Below are positions 11,633-23,200 of a DNA stretch of 64,000 nt, in pieces; position 1 is the stretch's first letter, and each line of letters starts with the position of its first letter. The stretch comes from Porphyridium purpureum (taxonomy: Eukaryota). Both the position numbers and the translations under genes were made by a program. Below the pieces are notes generated by a model, which saw nothing but the letters and a program-made list of their open reading frames with translations, was not told the DNA's origin and made no database searches. Location of the stretch: the NCBI GenBank assembly GCA_008690995.1, contig VRMN01000008.1, positions 744,001 to 808,000 of the forward strand, written 5' to 3'.

Positions 11633-11726
11633 CGCGGCACTCGCGGCACACTCGCGGCACACTCGCGGCACATACGCGGCACACTCGCGGCACACTCGCG
11701 GCACATACGCGGCACATACGCGGCAC
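11633..11726. repeat. 11-bp minisatellite CGCGGCACA(CT/TA), about 9 copies
   Basis: CGCGGCAC core at 11633, 11642, 11653, 11664, 11675, 11686, 11697, 11708 and 11719. Confidence 0.95.
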
Positions 11727-11763
11727 GCGCAGTGTTCGCGGTGTTCGCGGCAGATGCGGGCTG

Positions 11764-12654
11764 TCAGCAGCTTGAGGAGGGTGTGGCTGGCTCGCGGGTG
11801 CCAAGAGTGGGGAGCAGCGCACTGAGCAGCTGTGGCGACGCCGCTGCGACAATGCGGCGTGATGTCATGTCAAAGGGCTCCGTGTGGCGCTCGGGGTCCG
11901 CCAGCACGCCGCCGGCTTCGGTGACGAGCAGCGCGCCGGCCGCCACGTCCCAGATGTAAGGGCCCCATTCGTAGTATGCGTCGAACCGGCCGCATGCCAC
12001 GTAGCACAGGTTCAGCGCGGCGCTGCCCGTGGAGCGCAGCGCTTGCGCGTGCTCCACCAGCACGCGCCGCGCGTTGTGTAGCATCAAATCGACCTTGGCC
12101 GCATCGCGACTGCTGCCGAATTCCGTGGCCACGGCGGCCTGGTCCAGCGCGCGCACGCCGCTCGACACCGCGATGCGCTGCTTGTTCAAAAAGGCGCCGC
12201 ACCCTCGCCGCGCCGAGAAAAGCTCACCGCTCACCGGGTTGCACACCGCTCCAACCACCAGTTCGCCACCAATCGCGAGCGCAATACTGCAGCAGCACAT
12301 CGGAATGCGATGCACAAAATTGCACGTGCCGTCGATCGGATCGAGGATCCACGTGGGCGCGAGAGTGAGCGGCGGCACCTCGCCAGACTCTGACACAGAC
12401 TCCTCGCCAATGAACACGTGCGATGGGTACGCGTCGTGAATGCGCGCTTTGATCACGCGCTCTACCAATAAGTCTGTCTCTGTGACGGGGTCTGTCCGGC
12501 TCTTCTGCTCATAGGTCGCGTCGCTCTTGCGAAACGCCGCGAGAATCAACGCGCCAGCCTCCTGCGCAAGAGACTCGCAAAACTGATGCATGGCATCGAG
12601 ATCATTTTCATCAAGGGTCTCTTCTGCCCGCGCCGAATCCCCCACCGAGTTCAT
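11764..12654 (-). CDS. IMPA: Inositol monophosphatase
   Basis: DPVTETD, GEE, WILDPIDGTCNFVH, GSAALNLCYVACG, WDVAAG. First ATG at 12654. Confidence 0.96.
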   Translation of the reverse strand: MNSVGDSARAEETLDENDLDAMHQFCESLAQEAGALILAAFRKSDATYEQKSRTDPVTETDLLVERVIKARIHDAYPSHVFIGEESVSESGEVPPLTLAPTWILDPIDGTCNFVHRIPMCCCSIALAIGGELVVGAVCNPVSGELFSARRGCGAFLNKQRIAVSSGVRALDQAAVATEFGSSRDAAKVDLMLHNARRVLVEHAQALRSTGSAALNLCYVACGRFDAYYEWGPYIWDVAAGALLVTEAGGVLADPERHTEPFDMTSRRIVAAASPQLLSALLPTLGTREPATPSSSC

Positions 12655-12969
12655 GCGAGATAAAACGCGACGACGCGCAAGCGAGTCTGCCTGCGCGTCT
12701 GGACGACGGCACGTCTGGCTGTCTTTCTGTCTTTTCGCCTTGCGGCCTCTCGTGTCCAAGCTTGCCAGGCAAGAGTCTCACCTGACAAGCAACAGGCATG
12801 GAATTGTCCTAGTAAAGCGGGCGGATTTTGAGTTTGTTCTGGGCGAATGGTGAGAGCGATTCGACTCGCGCGCTGCAGTGGCTGCTGGTGTTCCGGACGG
12901 GAAAAAGAAGCCGTCCACGTTCGAGCCGTTGCTGCGCGCACTCTCTAGCTTTGGCCCTTCCACCTCGCA

Positions 12970-14697
12970 ATGGCGGCCGTGCTCCCTGTGCGAAGCGCAT
13001 GGCGCGCCGCAAGCCACGGCGCGTGGGCGGTGAAACGCCGGTCTGCTCTTCTGCTTGCCGCTGGAGTTCGTGGCCCAGCGCACGGTGCCGGCGCCGACGG
13101 ATCTGCGCAGTTTGGATGGACGGGCGGCAGCGCTCGCGGCTTTGCGGCTCTGCCTGAGCACGTGGTGATCACGATGCCCAAGTTGTCGCCCACCATGGAG
13201 CAAGGCAATATTGCCACGTGGGGAAAGAACGAAGGCGACGAGTTCGCAGAAGGCGATGTGCTGGCCGAGGTTGAGACAGACAAGGCAACTGTCAATTTTG
13301 AGGCCACCGATGCCGGCTTTATCGCCAAGGTTCTCAGGCCAGCAGGATCTACGGACGTCAAGGTGGGCGACCCGATCGCGATTTCCGTGGAAGAGTTGGG
13401 CATGGTTGTCGCATTCAAAGATTATGCTGTATCGAGCAGCAGCAGCAGCAGCAGCAGCGACGACAGCAGCAGCAGTGACGGCAGCAAAGGGGCCGCAGCA
13501 GATGCGTCGGAACAGCCTCCTGCCCCGGCATCCGACAAACAGTACCCAGAGCATGACGCGGTAGGTATGCCGAAGCTCTCACCCACGATGGAACAAGGCA
13601 CTCTAGCGGCGTGGCACAAGAAGGAAGGTGAAGCCTTTGCTGAGGGAGACGTTCTCGCAGAGGTGGAAACCGATAAGGCCACTGTCAACTTTGAAGCGAC
13701 GAGCGACGGGTATGTGGCCAAAATTCTTAAACCAGAGGGCACGAGCGATGTCAAAGTCGGCGACCTGATCATGATCACCGTGGAGGAAGCTGATCTTGTG
13801 CCTGCCTTTGCAGACTACAAACCTGCTGCGGCACGCGATGCCGCGGCCACCCCGCCGGCCTCGTCGCCTTTGCCCGCTGCGGCTTCGAAAGAGGTTGCAT
13901 CAGCTTCAAGCTCGGGTGCATCGCAAGCTGCACCGGCTCCACCGGCCGCGAGACCCGCGCCTGTGCAAAGGCCGCCACAAGAAAGCTCTTCGAACTTCCG
14001 AGATATCGAAACAACAAAGTACCAGAGAATATCGGCCCAGCGGCTACTGGAATCCAAACTAACGGTACCGCACTACTATTTGCAGGCGTCTGTTGCGATC
14101 GACAACATGATGGCATTGCGCAAGACGCTGAATGCCCGTAGCACTGAAAAGCGGCCGTTCAAACTCTCCGTCAACGACTTTGTGATCAAAGCATGCGCAA
14201 AGGCGCTCATCGACGTGCCTGCCGTCAACTCGCAGTGGACCGGCCAGTCGATCCGAGAATTTGCCAGTGCAGACATCAGTGTCGCAGTCATGACGGACGC
14301 CGGCTTGATCACGCCCATCATATTCAACGCGGATCGTAAGGGCATTGTGGAGATCTCGCAAGAGATCAAGGAGCTAGCCGCGCTTGCGCGGCAGAACAAA
14401 CTCAAACCCGAGCAATTTATGGGCGGGACATTTACGATCTCAAATCTGGGCTCGTTCGGAGGTGTGGATAATTTTTCGGCCGTCATCAATCCGCCGCAGG
14501 CAGCCATTTTGGCGGTCGGCGGCAGCGTGCAACGCTTCGAGCCGCCAGCGGATGGCAGTACCGATGTGCTGCACGTGGTGAACGAAATGGGTGTCACGCT
14601 GAGCTGTGACCACCGTGTGATCGACGGCGCAGTCGGTGCCGAGTGGCTTGCGGCCTTCAAGCGCTACATGGCAGATCCCGCGAGCATGATTCTGTAA
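12970..14697 (+). CDS. DLAT: Mitochondrial pyruvate dehydrogenase E2 (dihydrolipoamide acetyltransferase), two lipoyl domains
   Basis: Arg-rich presequence, two MPKLSPTM..EVETDKAT lipoyl domains, catalytic DHRVIDGA. Confidence 0.95.
   Translation: MAAVLPVRSAWRAASHGAWAVKRRSALLLAAGVRGPAHGAGADGSAQFGWTGGSARGFAALPEHVVITMPKLSPTMEQGNIATWGKNEGDEFAEGDVLAEVETDKATVNFEATDAGFIAKVLRPAGSTDVKVGDPIAISVEELGMVVAFKDYAVSSSSSSSSSDDSSSSDGSKGAAADASEQPPAPASDKQYPEHDAVGMPKLSPTMEQGTLAAWHKKEGEAFAEGDVLAEVETDKATVNFEATSDGYVAKILKPEGTSDVKVGDLIMITVEEADLVPAFADYKPAAARDAAATPPASSPLPAAASKEVASASSSGASQAAPAPPAARPAPVQRPPQESSSNFRDIETTKYQRISAQRLLESKLTVPHYYLQASVAIDNMMALRKTLNARSTEKRPFKLSVNDFVIKACAKALIDVPAVNSQWTGQSIREFASADISVAVMTDAGLITPIIFNADRKGIVEISQEIKELAALARQNKLKPEQFMGGTFTISNLGSFGGVDNFSAVINPPQAAILAVGGSVQRFEPPADGSTDVLHVVNEMGVTLSCDHRVIDGAVGAEWLAAFKRYMADPASMIL
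13435..13474 (+). repeat. (AGC)n microsatellite encoding poly-Ser linker in PDH E2
   Basis: agcagcagc run seen directly, interrupted once by gacgac. Confidence 0.9.
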
Positions 14698-14817
14698 GGT
14701 GAACGCCCGGCCAGCGCAGTCGGATCCGACAGTATCTGAATAAAGCCCCTTTTTACTTAAATGAACCTGTGAAGGCTGCGCGACTCGGATCGGCTGCGTG
14801 CTCCTCATGCCTCCAGC

Positions 14818-15132
14818 TTACAAGTCTTGCATTCTGCCGGAACCCAAGATCTTGCCCAGGTAGAAGAAGCCCATCACCTGGAGGAGGCCCATGAGGCCGA
14901 CCTTGGCCTCCTCGACCGACACGTCCAATTTCATGACCTTTTCCTTCATGGCATTAAACTCTGCCTTTGCCGCGATGACACGAGCCGGCGCGGCGTCCAT
15001 CGTGGTCGCGACGAGCTTCTTCCCAAGCTCCTGCGTCTCTGCCAGCGCCTCTGGCGTTGTGCCCTTCACCACATACCCCTTCAAGAAATGGTTTGCCGCG
15101 GACTTGCACGCGTTGGCCACACGCATCGCCAT
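14818..15132 (-). CDS. Mitochondrial ATP synthase subunit g
   Basis: 104 aa. C-terminal VEEAKVGLMGLLQVMGFFYLGKILGSG matches the subunit g GxxxG helix. Confidence 0.75.
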   Translation of the reverse strand: MAMRVANACKSAANHFLKGYVVKGTTPEALAETQELGKKLVATTMDAAPARVIAAKAEFNAMKEKVMKLDVSVEEAKVGLMGLLQVMGFFYLGKILGSGRMQDL

Positions 15133-15638
15133 CTTCCCGCACCGTGCCCGCGCCGCCTACCGCCTCCGCGCTCTTCCCTCCTTATCCCTCCAACCCAAAG
15201 ACCACACACTCCCCCCTCTTCTCCCTCTCCCCTCTCTCCCTCCTCTTCTTCTCTCCCCTCACTCGAAAGCAGTAGGGTTTGTCCCCCGGTTTTTTTAATG
15301 GCTCTTTTTTAATCATCTGGTGAAACCGTTTAAGCGCTGTGTTCCATTAAAACCGCAGTAATTTGTGATCTGTGCGCGGCCAAACCGAAACCAGAAGTCG
15401 ACAAGGGCTCTCTATCAAGCGATGTCGTTTTGCTATCCGCGTCTGTAACCGTTTTGCGCGGCGGTTTTGCGCGTGCCGCTGCCATGCGCCTCGTCACGCG
15501 GCAGAGAAGCAGGTGAGGACCGCGAGCGCGCAGAGCAACGTGCGCGCTGGGCCTTCTCCTCCGCGCGAGGCCGGTGGGTGGTGGTGGTGGTGATCGTCGT
15601 CGTCATCGCGCTGAAAATAAGCGCGCCCGTTCCGAGCG

Positions 15639-16397
15639 ATGTATCTTCCCGCGTTCATGGGCGTGGCGATGGCCGCCAAGGCGATCAGTCCGGAGATCCC
15701 GCTGCTCGTGCTGGCGCTTCTGAGCACAGGCGCCGAGCTACTTCGTGCGAGCGCCGCGCTCGTGCCGCTCGCGCGCAGCGTGTTGCAGTATGAGTCCGTG
15801 CTGCTGTACATATGTTTTGCTGCGCTCGCCGCCCTGGCGGCGGGCGCGGCCGTGCGCGTGTCTCCAATCTCGTCCTCGGCAAAAAACGCGTCTACCGCCG
15901 CGATGTGCGTGCTCTGGCAGCTCCTGATCTCCTCTACCTTGTTTCCGCGCAACGATGGTATCGTGCTCTATCACACGTGGTCCGGCGAAGCCGTGCGGCT
16001 AAAGGCGCTCGCGGACCTTGATATCGCGTCGCCGTCTTTCGAGGCGCTCGGATTGACAAGCAGCCCAGCGCGCGGAGCGATGGTCGAGTGCGCGCTGACA
16101 CTGCTCATGCTATTCAGTGGGTTTTTGATGGCAGGTGACTGCATCTACTTGCGTCCTGAGCTGCGACACCGCGTTTCGCGGCGGCAGAAGCGCAGTTTTG
16201 CCGCATTGCTACTGCTACTCCTGGCTCTGAGCGCCGCGCCGCTCGCATTCCAGCTCCTCGACCTGTCGAAACGCAATGTCTTCTTCCTGCAAGTTATTTA
16301 CGCCATGCTGTGCTTCGAGGCGCTGATCATCTGCCAACTTGCAGACCTCTCACCCGCACATCCCACGAGCCAGTCAAGCGCGAAAAAGCAGAACTAG
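15639..16397 (+). CDS. Multi-pass membrane protein of unknown function, C-terminal KKxx ER-retrieval motif
   Basis: Several hydrophobic helices; ends SAKKQN. Confidence 0.65.
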   Translation: MYLPAFMGVAMAAKAISPEIPLLVLALLSTGAELLRASAALVPLARSVLQYESVLLYICFAALAALAAGAAVRVSPISSSAKNASTAAMCVLWQLLISSTLFPRNDGIVLYHTWSGEAVRLKALADLDIASPSFEALGLTSSPARGAMVECALTLLMLFSGFLMAGDCIYLRPELRHRVSRRQKRSFAALLLLLLALSAAPLAFQLLDLSKRNVFFLQVIYAMLCFEALIICQLADLSPAHPTSQSSAKKQN

Positions 16398-17203
16398 CGC
16401 CACGAGAGCTCAAGCTGAAGATCGGCAGTGGATACGTGCAGGAGCGAAATAAATTAACAATTACGCGTGGTTGTTGTTGGTGATACGGTGGATCACGATG
16501 TGCGTACATATTCGCGCCACGCGGGACGGAAACGCGATGTGCGGACGATGTCACTCATTAGAGCGGCGTTCATTGCCGCAGTCAAGGCGCCCTGTTTGGA
16601 AACCTCAGTGGATGCTTTGTTGCCAAATTATGCGCGAGCGTCCGTTGTGGCATTCTGTGGCGCAGATTGCTTTGAAGAAGCATCTTTTGTTCTGCATTGT
16701 CGGCAACTCTGGTTGAATCTCCGGTGACTTGTGGGATACAAATTAGCTCAATGCGCATCGGTCGGAGACATGCTCTCGTCGCTGGACTACTGCATAAAGA
16801 AAACCACACGCTGCTAGCTATCCAGATTCCGACGCGGCAGGCAACAGCGCCCCCGCACGGCCTGGCAGGCTTGTAAGCGCAAGTCGCGCATGCCTTTCAT
16901 GCCGTGAGGCAGGGCACGGCTCCCGAACTCAGCGAGGCCAGGCAAAACGCGTACGCAATGTCGCGTCGTTCTCATGCGAAAACATTCGCAGTGTGCGCGT
17001 TCGCGAGCACGTGATCGGCCCGCGCCGGCTACGGAGCCGAGTTCCCATCTGGAACCACGGCCATTGTTTCTGTGCGAGGCCGGGACGCATCGCGAAGACG
17101 GCTACTCGCGCCGCTTGCTTTCCCTTTGAACCGTTTAGAGTTATTATAAAACAGGGTCAAATAATCGCATCTATCAGTATCACTCGTGGGTTTCACGTAA
17201 CCG

Positions 17204-17236
17204 TTAACCGTTAACCGACTGCAGGTTAACGGTTAA
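17204..17236. promoter_or_regulatory. Perfect 13-bp inverted repeat TTAACCGTTAACC-7nt-GGTTAACGGTTAA upstream of the UBL-Trx-PUB gene
   Basis: Arms 17204-17216 and 17224-17236 seen directly; regulatory role inferred from position. Confidence 0.55.
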
Positions 17237-17457
17237 GAGTTGTACTCGGTCTGGCAGAGTACAGTTATGATGTACAGTTTCGCCTTGCCAGCACGCCAGC
17301 CGCGTGTGCGTGGAGCAGGGGAGGAGAGACAGGGGCGAGCGAGTGAGGGGTGGGCGTGGAGACGGGTTGGCGACGCGCGAGTGGAAGCTCGTGTTCCGCG
17401 CGGCGTGCCGGCTCACAGATCGTACGCGCGCTCTATGCATCTGAAGCTGGATGCGCG

Positions 17458-20067
17458 ATGACCAAGTTTACCGAGGCAGTGGATCGGCTCGCGGCCGTAG
17501 AGCACGGCGTGCACGCCGCCAGCGCCGAGTGGAAGGGACGGCCTGCTGGCCCGGCAAACGCCGTGGACGCAATGGCGCAGTGCGAGGCGTGGAATCTCGA
17601 GATGAAGGAGCATGTGGAGGCGGTGGTCTTTCCGGCCGAAATCAAGGCGCAGCAGGGCTTGAAGGACCCCAGCTCGCGCATGTATGGCGAGGCCATGAGC
17701 AAGCGTATCTTGGACACTGCGCAAAAGGCCCGCACAGTGCGCGCCGAGCTGGATGAGCTGAGAGCGCTGGTCGAGAACACTGCGAAAGAGGTGATGGAGG
17801 CCAAGCAGAGGCGGGAGGAGCACGAGCGCGAAATGGAGAGACTGGAGCAAGAGACGCGCGCAATGAAGCTGGAGCAGCAGAGGCTTGAAGAGGAGACACA
17901 GAAGAGGCGCGATGCCGAGGAAGCGGCCGCAAGGGCACAGGCTGAAGAGCTCGCGAAGAAGGAACGCATTGAGCGTTTTCGTCAGCGCAGGGCGGAGAAG
18001 AAGCTCGCTGAAGAAGAGGCCAAGAAGAAAGGCACCGGTCGAGCGCTCGGTAAGGCAAACGTACCCGCCGCGCCTCCTTCAACCAGCAAATCTGGAGCTG
18101 CCGATTCCCCGGTGAGGAATGATGCGTCCAAGCCGGCTGAAACGGCAGAGGACGCTCCTGCTGCGATCCAAACTGCCCGCTCTGTGCAGCCACCGCCCGC
18201 GGAGAAGGCACCGGAAGGACCCGAAGGTATTATTACGGTCAAGAGTGCAGACGGGAAAAGCTTTCAGGTGTCTGTGCGCCTTTCAGAGTCGGTGCAGTCA
18301 CTGCGGCAAAAAATTGCGGGACTTTGCAAGGTCTCGGACGCATCGAACGTGCGCATTTTGTACCGCGGCACACTACTCAAACGCGATGACAGTAGCTTGC
18401 GCGATGTGGGCATAGAGTTTGGCTCGGCTGTCCACGTCGTTGTCAAGAATCGTGACTCCGTGCCGGCTTTGACTCAATCGACTGACCCGGGAACGGCAGC
18501 GGCTGCCGCCGTCGGTGCTGCCCCACGTGTGGCCGGGAGTGGTGGCAGTGTGGATGCGGACGCGACTGCCTCCTCTGCACCCGGTCCAGCATCTTCTGCA
18601 ACCACACCTAGCCCTGCACAGTCCGGTTCGAATATGACCGGTGAAGCAGCTGGCCCACCTTCGGGCAGTGTCTTGGAAATCACAAGCGGAGCACAAGGGC
18701 TAAATGAGGTTCTCGCGAGGTCAGGTGCGACACGGCTGGTGATATGCGACTACTCGGCGCCATGGTGTGGGCCGTGCCGCGCCATTGCCCCAATCTACTC
18801 ACAAATGGCATCTGCGAATCCGCATGTGTCTTTTGTATCCGTGAATTCAGAGGCATCGCCGGCAAACGCGCAACTGGCTCGCACCGCGGGCGTGCGCGGG
18901 TATCCAACTTTTCACGCATACCGCAACTTTCACAAGCTGGGAGAGCTCGTAGGCGCAAATCCGCAACAGCTGCAACACTTCATCGAGCAGCACGCGCACA
19001 GCTCAACAGACCAACCGGCAGTGGTCCAGGCGCCATCTGTCCATCCATCTTCGTCTGTGCCTGCGCCCGTATCTGCATCCGCGCCTGGCTCGTCGTCATT
19101 ACCGCAGAGTCCTGGTGCGTCAGTATCAATGACGCAGCGTGTGATGGCCGCTCTGCGGATGCTAAAGGCCGCATGCGCGACACCTAGCGAGTTCCAGGTC
19201 GCAGCGGAGACCCTTATCACGTTCGTGCGTAATGTGGAGACGAACCCGGGCGAACCCAAGTTTCGCCGCATCAAGTTGAGCAACGCAGCATTTCAGCGTC
19301 GGTTGGCGCACCGTGCGGGCGGTATTGAATGTGTGCGCGCGTTTGGATTTGAAGAATCGCTTGATCCAGAGACAAACGAGCGCGTGCTTGTCATGCCGGA
19401 AGCCTCTGCGCGTAATCCGGAGCTCGGAACCGTGCGTAGGCAGTTGGAGGCCGCAGTGGCGGCGGCTGCTCCTGCTGGACACGCAGGCACCGGAGCACCT
19501 ACCGCTCCCGGGATGGGCAGCAGCAACAGCAGCTTTGGCGGTACTTTTCCGGCCATGCCGTCCTCGACTCCGCCCGGCATGCCGCAGCCACCACCAGCAG
19601 CTATGGGTGCGTTGATGGGCGATCCATCATTTCGGAACCTTGCAAATGAGCTCATGTCCGACCCGAGTGCCATGAGCGAAGTCATGCAGGCGCAGCAAGC
19701 GATGCAGAGTGGCGATATTGGTGCTATGCAACGTCTGCAGGCCTCACCGACATTCGCGCGTCTGGCCACCGCAATGGCAGGCAATCCCGCATTTGCACAG
19801 GCCATGATGTCAGGGGGCTTACCGGGCGCGGGCGGCTTTGGAGCACCCTTCCAACCATCGCCACCAGTGCAGCGTTCGCAGGTACCTGCTGCTGGGTCAC
19901 CACCATTGCAAGTACCGCAAGAACCGCAGCAGCGTACGCTGTCACCTGAGGAGGAGGAGGAGGCGGAGCTGCAACGCGCCATTCAATTGTCATTGGAGGA
20001 GGAGCAAACGAACAGGGTGGCGCGAGGCGGCGACCAGAATTCGTCGGGTGGGACAGAGGGTAATTGA
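17458..20067 (+). CDS. Coiled-coil + ubiquitin-like + thioredoxin + PUB + STI1-like + UIM multidomain protein
   Basis: UBL (ITVKSADGK..RILYRGTLL), WCGPC, PUB (RNVETNPGEPKFRRIKLSN), DP/NP Met-rich repeats, UIM EEAELQRAIQLSLEE. First ATG at 17458. Confidence 0.88.
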   Translation: MTKFTEAVDRLAAVEHGVHAASAEWKGRPAGPANAVDAMAQCEAWNLEMKEHVEAVVFPAEIKAQQGLKDPSSRMYGEAMSKRILDTAQKARTVRAELDELRALVENTAKEVMEAKQRREEHEREMERLEQETRAMKLEQQRLEEETQKRRDAEEAAARAQAEELAKKERIERFRQRRAEKKLAEEEAKKKGTGRALGKANVPAAPPSTSKSGAADSPVRNDASKPAETAEDAPAAIQTARSVQPPPAEKAPEGPEGIITVKSADGKSFQVSVRLSESVQSLRQKIAGLCKVSDASNVRILYRGTLLKRDDSSLRDVGIEFGSAVHVVVKNRDSVPALTQSTDPGTAAAAAVGAAPRVAGSGGSVDADATASSAPGPASSATTPSPAQSGSNMTGEAAGPPSGSVLEITSGAQGLNEVLARSGATRLVICDYSAPWCGPCRAIAPIYSQMASANPHVSFVSVNSEASPANAQLARTAGVRGYPTFHAYRNFHKLGELVGANPQQLQHFIEQHAHSSTDQPAVVQAPSVHPSSSVPAPVSASAPGSSSLPQSPGASVSMTQRVMAALRMLKAACATPSEFQVAAETLITFVRNVETNPGEPKFRRIKLSNAAFQRRLAHRAGGIECVRAFGFEESLDPETNERVLVMPEASARNPELGTVRRQLEAAVAAAAPAGHAGTGAPTAPGMGSSNSSFGGTFPAMPSSTPPGMPQPPPAAMGALMGDPSFRNLANELMSDPSAMSEVMQAQQAMQSGDIGAMQRLQASPTFARLATAMAGNPAFAQAMMSGGLPGAGGFGAPFQPSPPVQRSQVPAAGSPPLQVPQEPQQRTLSPEEEEEAELQRAIQLSLEEEQTNRVARGGDQNSSGGTEGN

Positions 20068-20283
20068 TGAACACGAGTGGTGGAAGACTTTACCCGTATT
20101 GCTCGGTTCTGCCAGACCGAAGTCTTTCAGAATCCGGTAATGCGTTGAAGGATTCCTACCCCTCGCTCGGCTACTTTAAAATTTGTGCATCTGTCAGTGA
20201 ACGTACCGGAGTAAACTAGGAAGAGCATGTTGAGCTGTGTCATTTGGAAATGACGGACGAGGCGGTTTTGACAGGAGAATGGA

Positions 20284-23200
20284 TCACGGTTTAAAGGGTC
20301 TGAAGCCTTCGATTAAGCTCGGTCCGCCGAGTGCAGCGATTTCTTCCAAGATCAAATCAGTATCCGTCTGAAGAAGCGGCGGCTCGGACACACTGAACGT
20401 GCCGGCAGCTTGGCCAGAGCGCTGCGGCTGAATCTGAACGGGTTTGGCATATTCTAGGTTGTGCAAGTCGAAAGCTCGCGGAGAACGCACAGTCGGCTTC
20501 CACACGACCCCAATGCTGCTGGTTGAGCTCTCGAGAAAGTTGGCGAAGAAGATGGCGAATCGACCAAATCGCGTTTCGAGCATTTCAACAAACTCGACTT
20601 TTGGGTTGAAGCAAAGCATCTCCATTCCGAGCGGTGAAAATAGCGCGTGTCCCTCTGCGCCCATTCTGCTACCCTGCGACAAATCCAGTCTGCGCCGTTT
20701 CACTGAATCTTTGCCCTTGTGCTTCGTCTGAGCCGGCATCATCTGGAAGAGTACGGCGCGCATAGATCCCGGCAGCTGGTCGGCGGCTTCGATGTTCCAC
20801 TCGAACGATTTACACATTACCACAGAGTCAAATACGCCCAGGTCAGGTACAAAGAGACCATTCGCCCGGCGCTTCAGAAAGCCCGCCTCCGACAGCAGCG
20901 GTGCACAATTCGATACTGCGAGTCGCGCGAGAAAAACACTTCGCTTCAGAGCCGAGCGCTGCGCCAAGCTCGTGATACCAGTACTACCCGTGGCGCTCGC
21001 TTTTGGCCGAGAGAGCGATCCAAATGTCCATCCACTCGTACCTCCGCCACTACCATCAATACTGTTATCAATATCCAGTAGGACGGAAAAGCCGCGCTCT
21101 GGTGCTTGGCGTGTGTGCTCGAGCGTCCGAGCTGTGTCCGTCCGCATATCAAGGGGCTCGGTCCAGTCATGCGTGGCCACAAGATTAAAAAAGGCAAACA
21201 GCAGACTGCACGTCGAGCGCGGCGCGAGTGCAGCATTCGGAGCACACAACAGCGGCGCCGCAACAAGCAGCTCAACGAGCTCATCGCCCATATGGTTCGA
21301 AAGCATATGGCTCGCGACCCATTGTTTGGCTATACGTGCCGTATCAGCAAACGGCCCAAAGCGCATCTGAACATCGTGGAGTATGCCATGTAGTGCCGGG
21401 AGCCGTTCGTGAACCCAAAGGTGCTGCGCGAGAGCCAGCTCGGCACTCCCGTTCACCTCAGCTGGGTTTCTTCTTTCCTTCTCACACTCCCGTCGCAAGA
21501 GAACGGTCTCAGCAGTGATGTGAAGCAAGACTCGGAACACCACAGCGTCATCCTGACCTTTCGCAAATGTAATCCGGGGTCGCAGTGTTATCCAAACACA
21601 GTCGCGGCTCGCATGTGCCGCTTCCCATCCCATCGCGTCAAGCTTTGAATGAGCAGTGAGCTGCGACGCCAGAGAAACATACATCGCGGCCTTGACCGCG
21701 CGTAGTGCTTCTACGTCGTCCGGCCACGCCGTCGAGCTCTCTGCCGTGAGCACTAGATCTACGCTCTGTACGGGTTGTCCGTGCCTGACTGAAGCACCCG
21801 CGAGGTACTGAGATGTTGCCGCGCTTGTTCCGCGGACGAGTGCGCTGCCCTGAGCGTACCGCACGGTAACAATGTGCAACGGGAACTTGTCCGCGGGGAG
21901 CGCACACAGCACTTTGGACAGGGTGTCAACGCACTCGGCAACACGCGCGCGCAATCTGAGACGTTGCTGCTCATGCTGCGCTGAATCGTAGTCGCCGCTA
22001 AAAGCCGAAGCGATTCTGCTACACTGAAAATCCAGCGTCACAGCAAGCTGCGCGGGGCGCTGGATAGATACACCATACAAACTCACCGCTCGGAGTAGAA
22101 TGACATGCAAAAGAGCCACGCGCATCCCGTGTTTGCGGACAAGCTGGTCGTCCGGCTCCCACACCACCGCCAGGTCGATTTGGCCATCCTGGAATCGCCG
22201 CCGACTCACCGATGCCTGACCCCAGAACTGCACAAACGCGCGCTTGAGCTCGGCCGAACCACTAGCGTCTGCCACGCGGTCGACACGCTGGAATAGCTGG
22301 CTGTCCGGTTTGTCACCGCGCAGCTTGAAGCCGATTGCGTATGTTTTCTCGGACGAGGAGTCCTTGGACCGTGAAACGGAGCACATGCACACGTACAATG
22401 CGCGCTGGCGAAGCGCAAATCGCGCCACGCACTCGAGCAGCAGCGAGGAGCATGTGCTTGGCCCAGTCGCTGTTATGTGTATTGACCCGTCGAACAGCAA
22501 CAAATCCTCGTGCACAAATGACTGCATCACCGGATTGCTTCGGCTGTCCACACCTCGCCCCACATCTGTGGCTTGATTTTGCCAATGATCCAACTCACGC
22601 AGTACGCGCCGCGCGAGGTGCTGCAGAAGTGTCCAGCGGCCCGGTGTCAGGCCACAGATATCCAAATCAAAATCTACGGAAGGGACGGTGCGCTCCAGGC
22701 CATCGTCATCACCTGCAAGTGGCACCGCGCCGGGACCGCTGCGGCTTACATGCACGTTCATTCCCAGCGCGATGCGGTTCAGCACGCCGCGAAGAAGCTG
22801 AATGAATGGCAACTGCCCTGACAGAGTTTCCATCGCGCGCATGGCAATCGCTGTGATCAAAAAGCCAGAATACGCGCTACTGAGCATGGTCGGCGCGGAT
22901 CCCGCCGGTACCGGTGAAACCTTTGTTCCATGACGCGTGGGCTCGCACGGACCGACGTTGGCCATGCCGGCGGTCCTGCAAAAATAGTGCTTGAGCAGGC
23001 GTACCACTAGCGGTGCATGCACATGTTTCGCGAACGCATGCCGCGCAAAAGCAGCGCTGCGCTGCGTGGTCAGTTGAAGGTCGTAAAGCACCATTTCCAA
23101 CCCGTCCAGCTTGCGCATGCGAGCACGAAGCTCCTCGTGGGTGTTCTTGGCAAACAGAGAGCTTGCGCTTCCATGCATTTCATCCAACAGTTCACTGCGG

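Noticed and set aside
11633..11726. Possible CRISPR-like array
   Set aside because: Head-to-tail 11-bp units with no unique spacers and no cas genes; a simple minisatellite.
10604..11959. 451-aa plus-strand ORF, and many similar antisense or overlapping ORFs across the window
   Set aside because: Shadows of real genes on the opposite strand in GC-rich DNA; no recognisable motifs.
16487..16497. CGGTGGATCAC similarity to 5.8S rRNA
   Set aside because: Isolated 11-mer with no adjacent D box or further rRNA similarity.
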